From the NCBI GenBank assembly GCA_026395055.1, contig JAPLZK010000001.1, forward strand, positions 81,527 to 145,526: 64,000 bases of DNA. The letters are read 5' to 3'. The position numbers and the translations under genes are program-made. This stretch comes from Candidatus Uhrbacteria bacterium. Its GTDB lineage: Bacteria; Patescibacteriota; Patescibacteriia; UBA9934; GWF2-40-263. Under the pieces are notes generated by a model. It did not search any database, was not told the DNA's origin, and worked only from the letters and a program-made list of their open reading frames with translations. Of the stretch, positions 1 to 9,440 are shown piece after piece (within the stretch, counting starts at the first letter, position 1; each line of letters begins with the position of its first letter).

Positions 1-704
1 AGAAAGCTTATTGCTTCAGAACCACGCTTCTTTATTTGCACACGATCAGATGTGACACACACGATTTGAAGATCACCCGGAATCAGGTTGAGTTGATTCA
101 AGAGGTCAACAACATCCGCATGTGTCTTTGTACATTCATCACGAAAGGATTGCGGGTTGTGATCAACATCGAAGCTTCGGGATCGAACGCGCGAGAGCCA
201 AGCGATTCCATCTGATATGTCGGGATCTGAAAACAGAGAACCCATCGTTTTATCCAAGAGATCGTTTGTCTCGTTGAAAAATTGAACGTGTGGTGCTGTA
301 TCCCGATCGGATCCAAATGCGATGAGGCGAATGCGTTCATCTGGATTTGCGTAATCTCCGTACTGAAGAGGCCCCCAAAGGTTCAGTTGAGCGGTGAGCT
401 CTCCTTGATTATCGAGATGTATGTTCCAATTCAATTCATGTCCGTTAGGGTTGTTGGTCTTCACGTAAATTCCGGATGTATTTGCTCCTGTTGAAACAAA
501 TGAGCCTCTATTGCAACTTGCGATGGGGGTTCTTTTTTGCCGCAAGGCAAAGACGATCGCTTTCAATAACGATGTTTTTCCTGAACCGTTTTCTCCCATG
601 ATGACATTCCATCCTGGTTGTGGTTTGAGAAACAGGTTGAATGAGCAATCGCGAAAACATGCAAATTTTTCAAGAACGATTTGTTGAATGTAGCCACGGC
701 TCAT
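1..704 (-). CDS. ABC/SMC-like (AAA_21/AAA_23-type) ATPase, 3' end outside the window
   Basis: Not in the ORF track. Manual translation from ATG 704 (SD AAGGAG) gives MSRGYIQQIVLEKFACF...GWNVIMGENGSGKTSLLKAI with a Walker A motif; the frame stays open to base 1. Confidence 0.85.
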   Translation of the reverse strand, partial: MSRGYIQQIVLEKFACFRDCSFNLFLKPQPGWNVIMGENGSGKTSLLKAIVFALRQKRTPIASCNRGSFVSTGANTSGIYVKTNNPNGHELNWNIHLDNQGELTAQLNLWGPLQYGDYANPDERIRLIAFGSDRDTAPHVQFFNETNDLLDKTMGSLFSDPDISDGIAWLSRVRSRSFDVDHNPQSFRDECTKTHADVVDLLNQLNLIPGDLQIVCVTSDRVQIKKRGSEAISF

Positions 705-740
705 GACGGCTCCTTTTCTGTTTTGTTCAACGAACCTGCG

Positions 741-780
741 AACAAAAACAGGTGCTAATTTAGCACCTGTTTCTTGTTTT
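741..780 (-). terminator. Intrinsic terminator after tig
   Basis: AAACAGGTGCTAA-t-TTAGCACCTGTTT inverted repeat with A/T tracts on both sides. Confidence 0.7.
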
Positions 781-790
781 TGTCAATCGA

Positions 791-2083
791 TTACATTTTC
801 ACCATCACGCTCTTCACAAGTTCAATCACCTTGCGGTTCAAGACAACCTGTTCAACGTACTGGCGGTATTCTGGGGAATAGATTTGTTTTTTGGATTCTG
901 GGTCTTCATGACGTGCGGCAACCTCATCTAATTCTGTGTCGAGCTCTTCATCTGTTACAGAAAGTGTTTCACGTCTTGCAATTTCACGCATTGCGATTGC
1001 GACCTTAATGCGCATGAGTGCTTGCGGAGTGAAATCGAGTTTGATTTGCACGAGAGTTTTCTTCAGACTCTGTACGTATTTTTCGAAGTCCATTCCTTGT
1101 TCTTCTACACGTGATTTCAATTCACGAATCATCTTTTCGATTTCTTCGTTCAAGAGAAGATCAGGAATATTTTCGAATTGTGTTTTGTTTGCAATGAGTT
1201 CAAGCGCTTCTTTTTCTTGACGCATTTGTTCTTCGCGAATTTTTTCATCCATCAAATTTTTGTGGATAAGGTCGCGCATCATGGCAAAGTCTTTGAGACC
1301 AAGAGATTGTGCGAATGCGTCATCCATTTGTGGAGGTTCAAGATGAAAAAGTTCTTTGAGAACAATTTCGAAATCAATATCTTGGCCTGCCAAAAATTCC
1401 TGTGCATGATCTGCGGGAAACGGAAGTGTGAAGTTTTTTGATTCACCTTCTTTTAATCCAACCAATTGTTCTTTGAACCCAGGAATGTAATATTCTTCCG
1501 CGAGGTAAACTGCATGATTTGGAGATTGTCCGCCTTCAATTCCGACACCTGCTTTTTTCATGTCCATGGACACAACAGCCTTATCTGTTTCCTTCACGAC
1601 TGAACCGGCTTCCGCACGAACTTCTTTTGTTTGCATGCGTGTGAGATCTTTGAGGGCGAGCTCAACATCATGATCTGCAACTTCAGGAACTTTTCCTTGG
1701 ACAGATAATTTTTTGAAATCCGCGAGCTCTTTTACAGACGGCATGCGTGTGACTTCTGCGGTAAAGATGAGTTCATTTCCGGCTGCCATTTTTTCTACTT
1801 CGATTTTTGGAGAACCAACCGTATCGATTTCATTTTTCAAAATGGCTTCCACAAAATATGCGCGCACGATTTTCTCAAGCGCTTCTTCCATAATTTTTGC
1901 TTCCCCAACACGTTGCTTCACGATTTCATATCCTGCCTTTCCTGGACGAAATCCTGGAATGGTTGAGTGTTCAGAAATGTGTTCTGCGGCTGCCTCAAGA
2001 AATGGTTGTTGTTCTTCAACGGACACCGTAAACGTGAGTTTTACGTGACCTTTTTCTTGTTCGTCGATTTGAATGTTTGGCAT
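791..2083 (-). CDS. tig: Trigger factor
   Basis: Ribosome-binding signature IPGFRPGKA, FKBP-like middle domain (YIPGFKEQLVG), helical C-terminus; start taken at MPNIQ. Confidence 0.97.
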   Translation of the reverse strand: MPNIQIDEQEKGHVKLTFTVSVEEQQPFLEAAAEHISEHSTIPGFRPGKAGYEIVKQRVGEAKIMEEALEKIVRAYFVEAILKNEIDTVGSPKIEVEKMAAGNELIFTAEVTRMPSVKELADFKKLSVQGKVPEVADHDVELALKDLTRMQTKEVRAEAGSVVKETDKAVVSMDMKKAGVGIEGGQSPNHAVYLAEEYYIPGFKEQLVGLKEGESKNFTLPFPADHAQEFLAGQDIDFEIVLKELFHLEPPQMDDAFAQSLGLKDFAMMRDLIHKNLMDEKIREEQMRQEKEALELIANKTQFENIPDLLLNEEIEKMIRELKSRVEEQGMDFEKYVQSLKKTLVQIKLDFTPQALMRIKVAIAMREIARRETLSVTDEELDTELDEVAARHEDPESKKQIYSPEYRQYVEQVVLNRKVIELVKSVMVKM

Positions 2084-2161
2084 AAATTTGGATTGAATTT
2101 CTGCGAAAGTGTAGCGAAAACATTCGTGGTTGTCAATTATGAGCCGGTCCCTTTTGAAAAG

Positions 2162-2187
2162 AAAAAGCACCCGAATGGTTCGGGTGC
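2162..2187 (-). terminator. Intrinsic terminator after the GHKL gene
   Basis: GCACCCGAA/TTCGGGTGC stem followed by a T-run on the minus strand. Confidence 0.75.
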
Positions 2188-2196
2188 GAGGGAGAG

Positions 2197-4194
2197 CTAG
2201 CTGCGCTTGGCAGGCTTGCTCATGAGTTTTGCTGTGACTTCACCGGCCTTTTGATGCAGTTCGTTTTGCGTCGATTCCTTCGGGAGAAGGATGTGTGCAA
2301 TGCGAAGGGCGATTTCACGAAAGCAGAGGGCGTAGCGCGTTGCGACGGACGCCTGTTCGTACATGGGATGAGCGAAGTTGAGGGTGATCTTCGCGTAAGC
2401 ACTCAGCTCCTGGAGAATACTTGTGCAGGGATTCCCTGGAAGTTTCGAGGAGTCGAGTTCGAACACGCGACCTTCGTACACAAACGTGTCATCGATCGTG
2501 TTTGAGGTTCGCGTATTTGGCTCGTAATCCTTTTCCACATGAATCGCGCAGTTCGCTGCAATGCCTTCATGTTCCGTATCTGTGACGGTGACATCAAAGG
2601 TTCCTTCCATGGATCCCGTGATGATGCGTGCAGATGTTTTGTCTGGTGCAATCTCGAGTTTGCCATCCCACTTTGCAGGGGGAGTCCACACGAGTTTTGC
2701 ATTCTCCGGAACATGTTCCAGGCGAATGTGACGTTCTTGCTTGCAGTCGAGGTGCAGTGAGGTTTGGGTAAACCGCATCGGCAATCGATCCACAATCTTG
2801 ATGCTCACTTCCGCTTCTGGTGCATTGCGTACATCGCCCATGAGACGGACGACGAGTTTGAAGATGCCAAGTTTCTTTGCCGTGTAGACAACACGCGTTC
2901 CTGTGTTTGGCTCAAGCGAGCCTCCACAAGCACTCGTGTCCCACACGTAGCGTCCTTCCTTCGGATTCTTGATGGTGATCACGCAGGTTTCACCCGGCGT
3001 GAGTTCGATCCGTCCATGATCCAGTTCGATCTTCGCAACCGAATGACGAGACGGTTTTTCGCCTGTGCGATCATGGAGATCTTGGCACAGTTTTGCGATA
3101 AGCGTTTCGTCGTCCGTTGTCTTGATCTCATCGGATTTCATGCCAAGTTCGGCTTCGACCTTGGGGACGATTTCGATACGAAGGCACTCGAGCAGTTTCC
3201 TGCAGAGGACTTCGTCTTCAAGAAGTGAGCCTTTAAATCCGTCACGATCGTTCGTGACGTACTCCCTCTCGTTCAGAGAACTGATTTCAATCCGACCCAT
3301 CACCCACGGATGCCGAAGCACGTGTGTGATTTCGTTTGCAAGCAGACTGTAGCGCGCGTCTTTCAGAAACGGCGCAATGAATTGCTCCCATGCACACACA
3401 GGATTTGGCGAACTCACTTTGACAGGCAACAAATGCTTGTTGTCCGCAACGATGTCCAAGTTCCAGTGAATGTCTCCAAGCGGCTGCGGTCCGTGGAAGC
3501 TACCCTCAATGGGCTTTCCGATCGTCACGCGGGGCTTGAGGGGTTGTTCGACCCACTTTCCATTTTTCAAGTATCGCACGCGGACAATGCGTGCCATGTA
3601 GGGAGAGAGTCTGTCTGCCAGATTCTCAACCAGATACTCCGGTGTACGACACTTCTGTTCGTTCGGAGTTCCAACGTTGAGGTCAAACCAGGTGATGTAG
3701 CTTCCGGTCGTACGCAATTCTTTCGGAATTCCGACAGATACGGGGCTCCAAACCAGGGGCTTCCAACTATTCGGAACGTTTCGATCCGGGAACCAGGCAT
3801 CAATCATCGACGCTTCGGTAAGCGTAATGGAGTGCACACCCTCTTCCGGTGTCTTTGTGAAGGCTACACATTTCTGTCCGTGATGGATAAAGCCAAGGCG
3901 GCCGTTTCCATTTTGCCCATGCTTGTTTTTGTCTCCAAGCGATGTGCTCACACACAGTCCTGTATAGGCATCACGATGATGAACATCCATTCCACTTCCG
4001 TTATCGTAGAACGACACGCAGCGCTTGCCGTCTTGTTCGAAAAACGTGATGAGAATCTCTGATGCGTTTGCATCGACCGCGTTGCAAACGATTTGCTCAG
4101 CGGCCTTTGAAAACTCGATGAATCCGTCGAGAAGTTTCCGGAGAACCTTCCCTGCGACATGATTTCCGCGAACCTTCATTGCTGTTTGACTCAT
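2197..4194 (-). CDS. GHKL (HSP90/MutL/MORC-like) ATPase-domain protein with beta-rich, probably Ig-like, C-terminal repeats
   Basis: N-box EQIVCNAVDA, G1 box DNGSGM, G2-like GQNGNG. Start MSQTAM overlaps the upstream stop (ATGA). Confidence 0.8.
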   Translation of the reverse strand: MSQTAMKVRGNHVAGKVLRKLLDGFIEFSKAAEQIVCNAVDANASEILITFFEQDGKRCVSFYDNGSGMDVHHRDAYTGLCVSTSLGDKNKHGQNGNGRLGFIHHGQKCVAFTKTPEEGVHSITLTEASMIDAWFPDRNVPNSWKPLVWSPVSVGIPKELRTTGSYITWFDLNVGTPNEQKCRTPEYLVENLADRLSPYMARIVRVRYLKNGKWVEQPLKPRVTIGKPIEGSFHGPQPLGDIHWNLDIVADNKHLLPVKVSSPNPVCAWEQFIAPFLKDARYSLLANEITHVLRHPWVMGRIEISSLNEREYVTNDRDGFKGSLLEDEVLCRKLLECLRIEIVPKVEAELGMKSDEIKTTDDETLIAKLCQDLHDRTGEKPSRHSVAKIELDHGRIELTPGETCVITIKNPKEGRYVWDTSACGGSLEPNTGTRVVYTAKKLGIFKLVVRLMGDVRNAPEAEVSIKIVDRLPMRFTQTSLHLDCKQERHIRLEHVPENAKLVWTPPAKWDGKLEIAPDKTSARIITGSMEGTFDVTVTDTEHEGIAANCAIHVEKDYEPNTRTSNTIDDTFVYEGRVFELDSSKLPGNPCTSILQELSAYAKITLNFAHPMYEQASVATRYALCFREIALRIAHILLPKESTQNELHQKAGEVTAKLMSKPAKRS

Positions 4195-5702
4195 GTTCTC
4201 TGTACTCCCTTGAGGTGTGAGTTGATTTTTGCGGACTCCCGCATTCCCTCTGTGACCTGGCAAGCACCGTCGCTTGGCCAGAGATCTTTCATACCCTGAT
4301 GAGAAATGAGAAGTTCAAACAACTCATTTCCGATTTTCGGACCAACAATCTGTTTGAGGTATCGATGATCCAATTCACACACAAGCGTTAACGCTCCACG
4401 CAAGACCATAACAGCCTTTGTGAGTTGGTCGAGTTCTTGTGTCGTGAGCTTTTCACCAGGTCGAGGGTTGAATGTTTCTCGTGAGAGATGTTTCAACACA
4501 AGACCCGAAAGATCATGCACATTCGGATTCGATGGTTGGCCTTTGAGGCGCAACAATCGATCAAGTGTGAATTGCGCAATTTCAATTTGGGCATCAAGTA
4601 AAGCTTCCATCGAAGGAGGCCCCTCGGGTTTTTCCGTGGGTTCCTCGACGTGTTCTGTGACAGGCACCACAGGTTGATTGATGCGTGTTTCTCGCACGAC
4701 CTCCAGGATTGGTGGGGGTTTCTTAGCATGACTCCGTTTCGGTGGAGTTGCCTTTGCCAATTTTGGCGCAGGGTCTTCCGTCTTCACGATTTGAGGCACG
4801 GCTGGCTTGATTTGGACTTTGAGCGGATGGCTCACAGACCAGATTCCAGATTCTTCTGTGTCTCGATAGTGACGGAGGTTTTCATCAAATGCTTTTTTGA
4901 GCGCGGGCACGCGCTCGCAAACGATGACGCGCAAGATTTTTTCCATCGTTGCGACCGTAAAACGCTTGTCTTTTCCTTTCGGATTCCACCTCTTCAGGAG
5001 GGTGTAAACAATCTGTTTGTGCAGTCCGGTTTTTTCCGAGATGCGTGTGTCTGTGTTTCCAGGAAATGTTTTTAGAAACCATGCGGGCACATGTGTGAAC
5101 GATGGAATGTCTGGAAACAGTTCTTCTGGCTCGCAGCCGAAAATGGCACGGATCATCATGTCGAAGATCAAATCTTCCAGGCAGGTGACGGGTTTGAGCC
5201 CACCACACAACCCTTTCAGAATCGCGGGCAAAAATTCTTGGCTTGGGAGCCGAGCCGAAGCGCCTTCAATCGTCCAACGACAGAAGACACTTGGGGAAAT
5301 CTTGAAGGCGAGTGCCGTATACAGGTCATTGTCATAAGCTTCGCGCAAAATGTTTAGCTCAAGGACAATGTCTGACCGGTGAACGAGTTGATCATAGGAG
5401 ATGAATGCGCTCAGTTCTGGGTGATTCAGAAGCAGCTTTTGCTTTGCATCACACACCATCCAACCATCAATATCGATTCCCGTAAGGGCTTCGATCCGTT
5501 GTTTCTGCGAAGTCAAAAGATCATTTGTCGGCTTGTTTTCAAGCCAATCCGTCAAGTTTTTGAAGCCAACTCCGTTTTTGCGAAGAACTTCTTGTGCTTG
5601 CGGAATGGTTTTTAGGCCATTCAGTTCCATCCATTGTCGCCAGAGTCCCTCGAGGGAGGTGTCCGGGCCAAAGACAAGCGATTTCAATGACTTCGTTTTC
5701 AC
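4191..5702 (-). CDS. Hypothetical protein with several degenerate Cro/XRE-like HTH segments and a Pro/Lys-rich linker
   Basis: GTG start after AGGAGG. HTH-like segments AQEVLRKNGVGFKNLTDW, ALAFKISPSVFCRW, ISEKTGLHKQIVYTLL; the HTH call is inference. Confidence 0.6.
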   Translation of the reverse strand: MKTKSLKSLVFGPDTSLEGLWRQWMELNGLKTIPQAQEVLRKNGVGFKNLTDWLENKPTNDLLTSQKQRIEALTGIDIDGWMVCDAKQKLLLNHPELSAFISYDQLVHRSDIVLELNILREAYDNDLYTALAFKISPSVFCRWTIEGASARLPSQEFLPAILKGLCGGLKPVTCLEDLIFDMMIRAIFGCEPEELFPDIPSFTHVPAWFLKTFPGNTDTRISEKTGLHKQIVYTLLKRWNPKGKDKRFTVATMEKILRVIVCERVPALKKAFDENLRHYRDTEESGIWSVSHPLKVQIKPAVPQIVKTEDPAPKLAKATPPKRSHAKKPPPILEVVRETRINQPVVPVTEHVEEPTEKPEGPPSMEALLDAQIEIAQFTLDRLLRLKGQPSNPNVHDLSGLVLKHLSRETFNPRPGEKLTTQELDQLTKAVMVLRGALTLVCELDHRYLKQIVGPKIGNELFELLISHQGMKDLWPSDGACQVTEGMRESAKINSHLKGVQRT

Positions 5703-5850
5703 GTTTCCTCCTTGTAAAGGGCATCCACCAAACCGTAGGCGGAGAAACGATCCTAGCAAAGCAAAGGTCGAATGTCAAGGGAATCTTGACAAAAAGAAGC
5801 GTTTTCATTAGATTGATCTCTTCCTATATTCAGGAAGACAGGGAGATTCG

Positions 5851-6621
5851 ATGCAACAGAGAGCGACAACATCAGAGACAACCGTTCTTGCAGCCGCAAT
5901 TCCGGCAAAAGATGCGAAAGTGATTCATTTGGGTGCCAAGCAGTTTCAGGTTTGGAAGGCGTTTCACGATGAGTGGATGAAGACGTCACAACCGATTTCT
6001 GCAGAGAGTGCCGAACGTTTGGTGCACAGTGTAATTCCCATGGTGAGCAATTGGTCGAGCGTGCTTTACGAACTCGAACAGAAAGGTGCGATGACCTCAA
6101 GTGAGGAATCAAGCCGCAAGTTTCGCACTCCTGTGACGAATGGGATTGTGATCACGAGCGGGTTCAAGAGTAATGAGCGTCAATGCTGGCCAGAGATTGC
6201 ATCCACGGGAACATCACCAAAACCGAAGAAACTCAAGTTGGTGCAGCCGGCACGAACGCCAGCGCCTGCTGTTGTGGTGCCGAACATTGTTTCGAAAGTT
6301 GCTCTGCAACAGCAACTTCAATCGAAGCAGGATGCATTGCAGACTGGTCTGAGGCGCTGCAAGCAAGATCGTATCGATAGTAAAACGCTTGAGCAGCAAA
6401 CTATTGCCGGTGAAATCGAGTCGATCGAGGAACAGATCACGGCTTTGCAGACACGACTTAGTGAAAAACTTGAACAGCACGAAACAGTTCGTGACACACT
6501 TGCAGAAATGTGTTCGCAGGAATGCACTTCAGAAGAAGCAGGTTTGCAGGATGTGGTCACGGAGATCGCAGACCTCGAATCTGCACTCAGGGTGTATGAC
6601 CGAATCGTTCAGCCGACTTAG
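5851..6621 (+). CDS. Hypothetical protein, possible N-terminal winged helix and C-terminal coiled coil
   Basis: 256-aa ORF with SD GGGAG; heptad-like Q/E/L-rich C-terminal half; terminator at ~6631-6660. Confidence 0.7.
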   Translation: MQQRATTSETTVLAAAIPAKDAKVIHLGAKQFQVWKAFHDEWMKTSQPISAESAERLVHSVIPMVSNWSSVLYELEQKGAMTSSEESSRKFRTPVTNGIVITSGFKSNERQCWPEIASTGTSPKPKKLKLVQPARTPAPAVVVPNIVSKVALQQQLQSKQDALQTGLRRCKQDRIDSKTLEQQTIAGEIESIEEQITALQTRLSEKLEQHETVRDTLAEMCSQECTSEEAGLQDVVTEIADLESALRVYDRIVQPT

Positions 6622-6718
6622 AAGCCCTTACCGCCGGATTTATTCCGACGGTTTTTTCTTTGTTTGTAATCTGTATTTACAAGATTTACAAAAAGAAAAA
6701 ACATCGCGGATGCGATGT

Positions 6719-8428
6719 TTAAGAGTCAGTGCCCGTCTGCTTGGGTTTGCGATTGCTGTTCAAGAGTTCCCAGTATTCACGTTTGCCACGCAGGATTTGT
6801 TCCATGACATTTTTCTTGTCATGGCAAAGAGCAAGATAAACTTCTGCCAGCTGACGCACTTCCTTGTGCGGAATCCAGCGCCAATGGTTTTTGTCGCGTT
6901 CGCGATCGAATGCCTTATAAAATTCTTCGTCCTTGCTATGATCTCCGTAAACAGATCCAGGAGCAAGGTTCGAGAATTCAATGAATGCGGTAAGCGATCG
7001 CATGGTTTTTGCTTTTCGCTTTGAGTCCACTGGATTGCAGACGTGTGCCGTGATGTAGAGCAGACGAAGTTCTGCTTCAAATGTTGTTGGTGCATCTGTG
7101 AACACATGCACGACAGGTTTTTCTGTCTCTGCGACGCGGATTTTTTTGTGTGGCTCAGGAACTTTCTCAAACAAACGCAAGAGTGCGTCTGGAAGTTTCG
7201 GATAGTCCGCCTGAAAGCGGAGCATGTTCTCGCGCTGTGTAAAGGATTCATCGTCTGCATTCAAAAGAGCCAGACGGTGTGCCGTCTCTTCCATTTGCAA
7301 ATGGATTTCAGCAGAAAGGCTGAGTTCGAATAGTTCACACGCTCCGCGAATACGTTCGCAACGCGTTCGAAGTTGCTCGAGTTGCTGTTCTGTTTCAAGA
7401 TACACGTTTTTGATTTCGTGAATCCGATCAATGCTGGTCCGCATGATTGTGTCGTGAGATCCAATCTGAAGGCGTTCCGCTTGCAGTTGTGAAAGAAGAG
7501 CTTCAAGCTTGCGTGCATCGTCTGTGTTTGGATGTTGCGTCATCGCACTCATCCAAACATCGAGGCGTGCGCGTCGCGTTGGTGCTTCTTCGATGAGCGC
7601 ATCGCACAACTGTTTGCGTGCATGGCGATGCTCTTGGTAGAGATCGCGTTCGCTTACAAACCGTTGATACTCCGCGCGTAAATTTCTTGGCAGTGCCACG
7701 GCGTCTTCGTAGACTTCGTGAATCAACTGTTGAATCCGCGTGAGGAGTGACGTGTCGCGTGATGGCGCGCCAGGTTTCGCAATTTGCTCAATTGCGTGAA
7801 GGGCATCGTTTGTCTCTCCTTCGGCAAGATGACGAAGCAGTTGAAGGACGTATTCTCCAGCGGGCTGTCCCGCAAGATTCATGTCTTCGGCAAGCTCTGC
7901 GAGATCGCGCAGGTCTGATGTGATGCCTGGCACGTCATCGCGTTCTTCTGCGACAAGGAGTGATTCCTTGAGCGTTTGAATTTCTGTACGAGCCTGCCCC
8001 AAATCGATTGTTGCCTGTGCGAGTTCTGTTGCGACACGCTGTTGTTCGGTGATCAAACGAGCACTCTCAGATTCTGTTTGAGCAAGTTGTGCCTGCATGG
8101 TTTGTTCTGTTTTACGAGAGGCAACCAAGCTTACACGTACTTTTTCGAGTTCCTCGGTTGCGACACGAGCCGCTTCCTCACTCGTCGCCTTTCCCTTCTG
8201 GAGAGAGGTAGTGCGAAGCGTGAGTGTTTCGATCTGTGTTTCAAGAGAAAGGAGTCGTTCTCGCTCTTGTTCTACGGCTTTGAGTTTTTCTCGTTCAAAG
8301 AACGAACGAGATGTTGGAACGAACGCGCCGGGCGCATGCGGAGTATCAAGTTCGATTGCGCGTAGTGGAAGCGACGCGTCGTTCAAGAGTGCCACAAGCG
8401 GCAGGCGAGGCTTTATTGCTGGTGCCAT
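6719..8428 (-). CDS. Long coiled-coil hypothetical protein
   Basis: Start MAPAIK after AAGGGG; extended E/Q/L/A/R-rich helical segments; no Walker motif seen. Confidence 0.75.
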   Translation of the reverse strand: MAPAIKPRLPLVALLNDASLPLRAIELDTPHAPGAFVPTSRSFFEREKLKAVEQERERLLSLETQIETLTLRTTSLQKGKATSEEAARVATEELEKVRVSLVASRKTEQTMQAQLAQTESESARLITEQQRVATELAQATIDLGQARTEIQTLKESLLVAEERDDVPGITSDLRDLAELAEDMNLAGQPAGEYVLQLLRHLAEGETNDALHAIEQIAKPGAPSRDTSLLTRIQQLIHEVYEDAVALPRNLRAEYQRFVSERDLYQEHRHARKQLCDALIEEAPTRRARLDVWMSAMTQHPNTDDARKLEALLSQLQAERLQIGSHDTIMRTSIDRIHEIKNVYLETEQQLEQLRTRCERIRGACELFELSLSAEIHLQMEETAHRLALLNADDESFTQRENMLRFQADYPKLPDALLRLFEKVPEPHKKIRVAETEKPVVHVFTDAPTTFEAELRLLYITAHVCNPVDSKRKAKTMRSLTAFIEFSNLAPGSVYGDHSKDEEFYKAFDRERDKNHWRWIPHKEVRQLAEVYLALCHDKKNVMEQILRGKREYWELLNSNRKPKQTGTDS

Positions 8429-8514
8429 GTTTCCCCTTTTGTTGAAAGCCAGAGAGCGAGCGTAGCAAAAGAAATGCGTTCCGTCAAGATATCGTAATAA
8501 AAAAACCGCCACTC

Positions 8515-9345
8515 TTAGGGAGTTGCGGTGAGATAGTTGGATGTGTGATCCAAAGCATATTTTGGCAACGTGCGCTTTTGCCGGTCTTTCTTTGCTCGTT
8601 CAATCAGGTCAATGATTTCTGCGAGCGACAAGCAACGAACAAGATCTGGTTCCGACGCAAGCTGTGCCGCACTCCATTGTTTGAGGACGCCGGATTGCAG
8701 GAGCTCAATCCAATCATCCATACGTTCTGCCCCGTGTGCCTTTGCTAGTGCGAAGATGGTATTGATTTCGATATTGCATTCCTGCGCATACGCAACAAGG
8801 CGCAGACAGCGACATGGTGAAATGGTTGCCTGCATCTCGGTCAAGAGTTTCACGGTGTTCGTGAAGACAAAAGAGGTGAGACGCATTGTTGTCGTGGTCG
8901 AATTTGGTTCACACGCAAGATGTGTTCCAATGAGTTCCATGAGCCGCTCGTATCGCTCCAAAAATTGATCATGCAGACGACCCTTGAGCCCGTCTTTTTT
9001 TCCTGGATTGTCGAACGTCAGCAACTGTTCTTCGCAGAAGCGAATACATGTAGCGGCATCTTCGGGTGTTGCGAAAACAACATCATGTTTTTCTGCAAGC
9101 AAGAGTTGTTCCACCCACACCATTCCACGAATGTGTGTTCTTGAAACAAAAATCTTTGCGTAGAAACCGGATGCAGGTACTTCTGGATAGAGTTCATCGA
9201 AACGCTCGAGAATGAGTCGCAAGCGACCCCATTCATCTTTTCCAAGACTTTTGATAAATGTCTCTTCTGGTTGTGTGAACTGAATCCATGTTCGAAGAGC
9301 TTGGTTCCGTTCTTTCTTTTTCATTCCGTCCTGAATTTTTGCCAT
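8515..9345 (-). CDS. Hypothetical alpha-helical protein
   Basis: 276-aa ORF with SD AAGGGGG; no motif recognised. Confidence 0.7.
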   Translation of the reverse strand: MAKIQDGMKKKERNQALRTWIQFTQPEETFIKSLGKDEWGRLRLILERFDELYPEVPASGFYAKIFVSRTHIRGMVWVEQLLLAEKHDVVFATPEDAATCIRFCEEQLLTFDNPGKKDGLKGRLHDQFLERYERLMELIGTHLACEPNSTTTTMRLTSFVFTNTVKLLTEMQATISPCRCLRLVAYAQECNIEINTIFALAKAHGAERMDDWIELLQSGVLKQWSAAQLASEPDLVRCLSLAEIIDLIERAKKDRQKRTLPKYALDHTSNYLTATP

Positions 9346-9440
9346 GCAATCCCCCTTGAAGCTGAGGGGGCATCATGGGCGAGAATTGACGTTTTGTCAA
9401 GAGTTTGATAGATTCTTCCCTCGCTTGCATAAGGAGAATC

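Noticed and set aside
965-980. parS half-site TGTTTCACGT in tig (similar at ~17554)
   Set aside because: Only one arm matches and the site is not palindromic.
6719-8428. SMC/Rad50 or Wadjet JetC
   Set aside because: Coiled coil only; no Walker A/B or ABC signature motif, and no kleisin or TOPRIM partners recognised.
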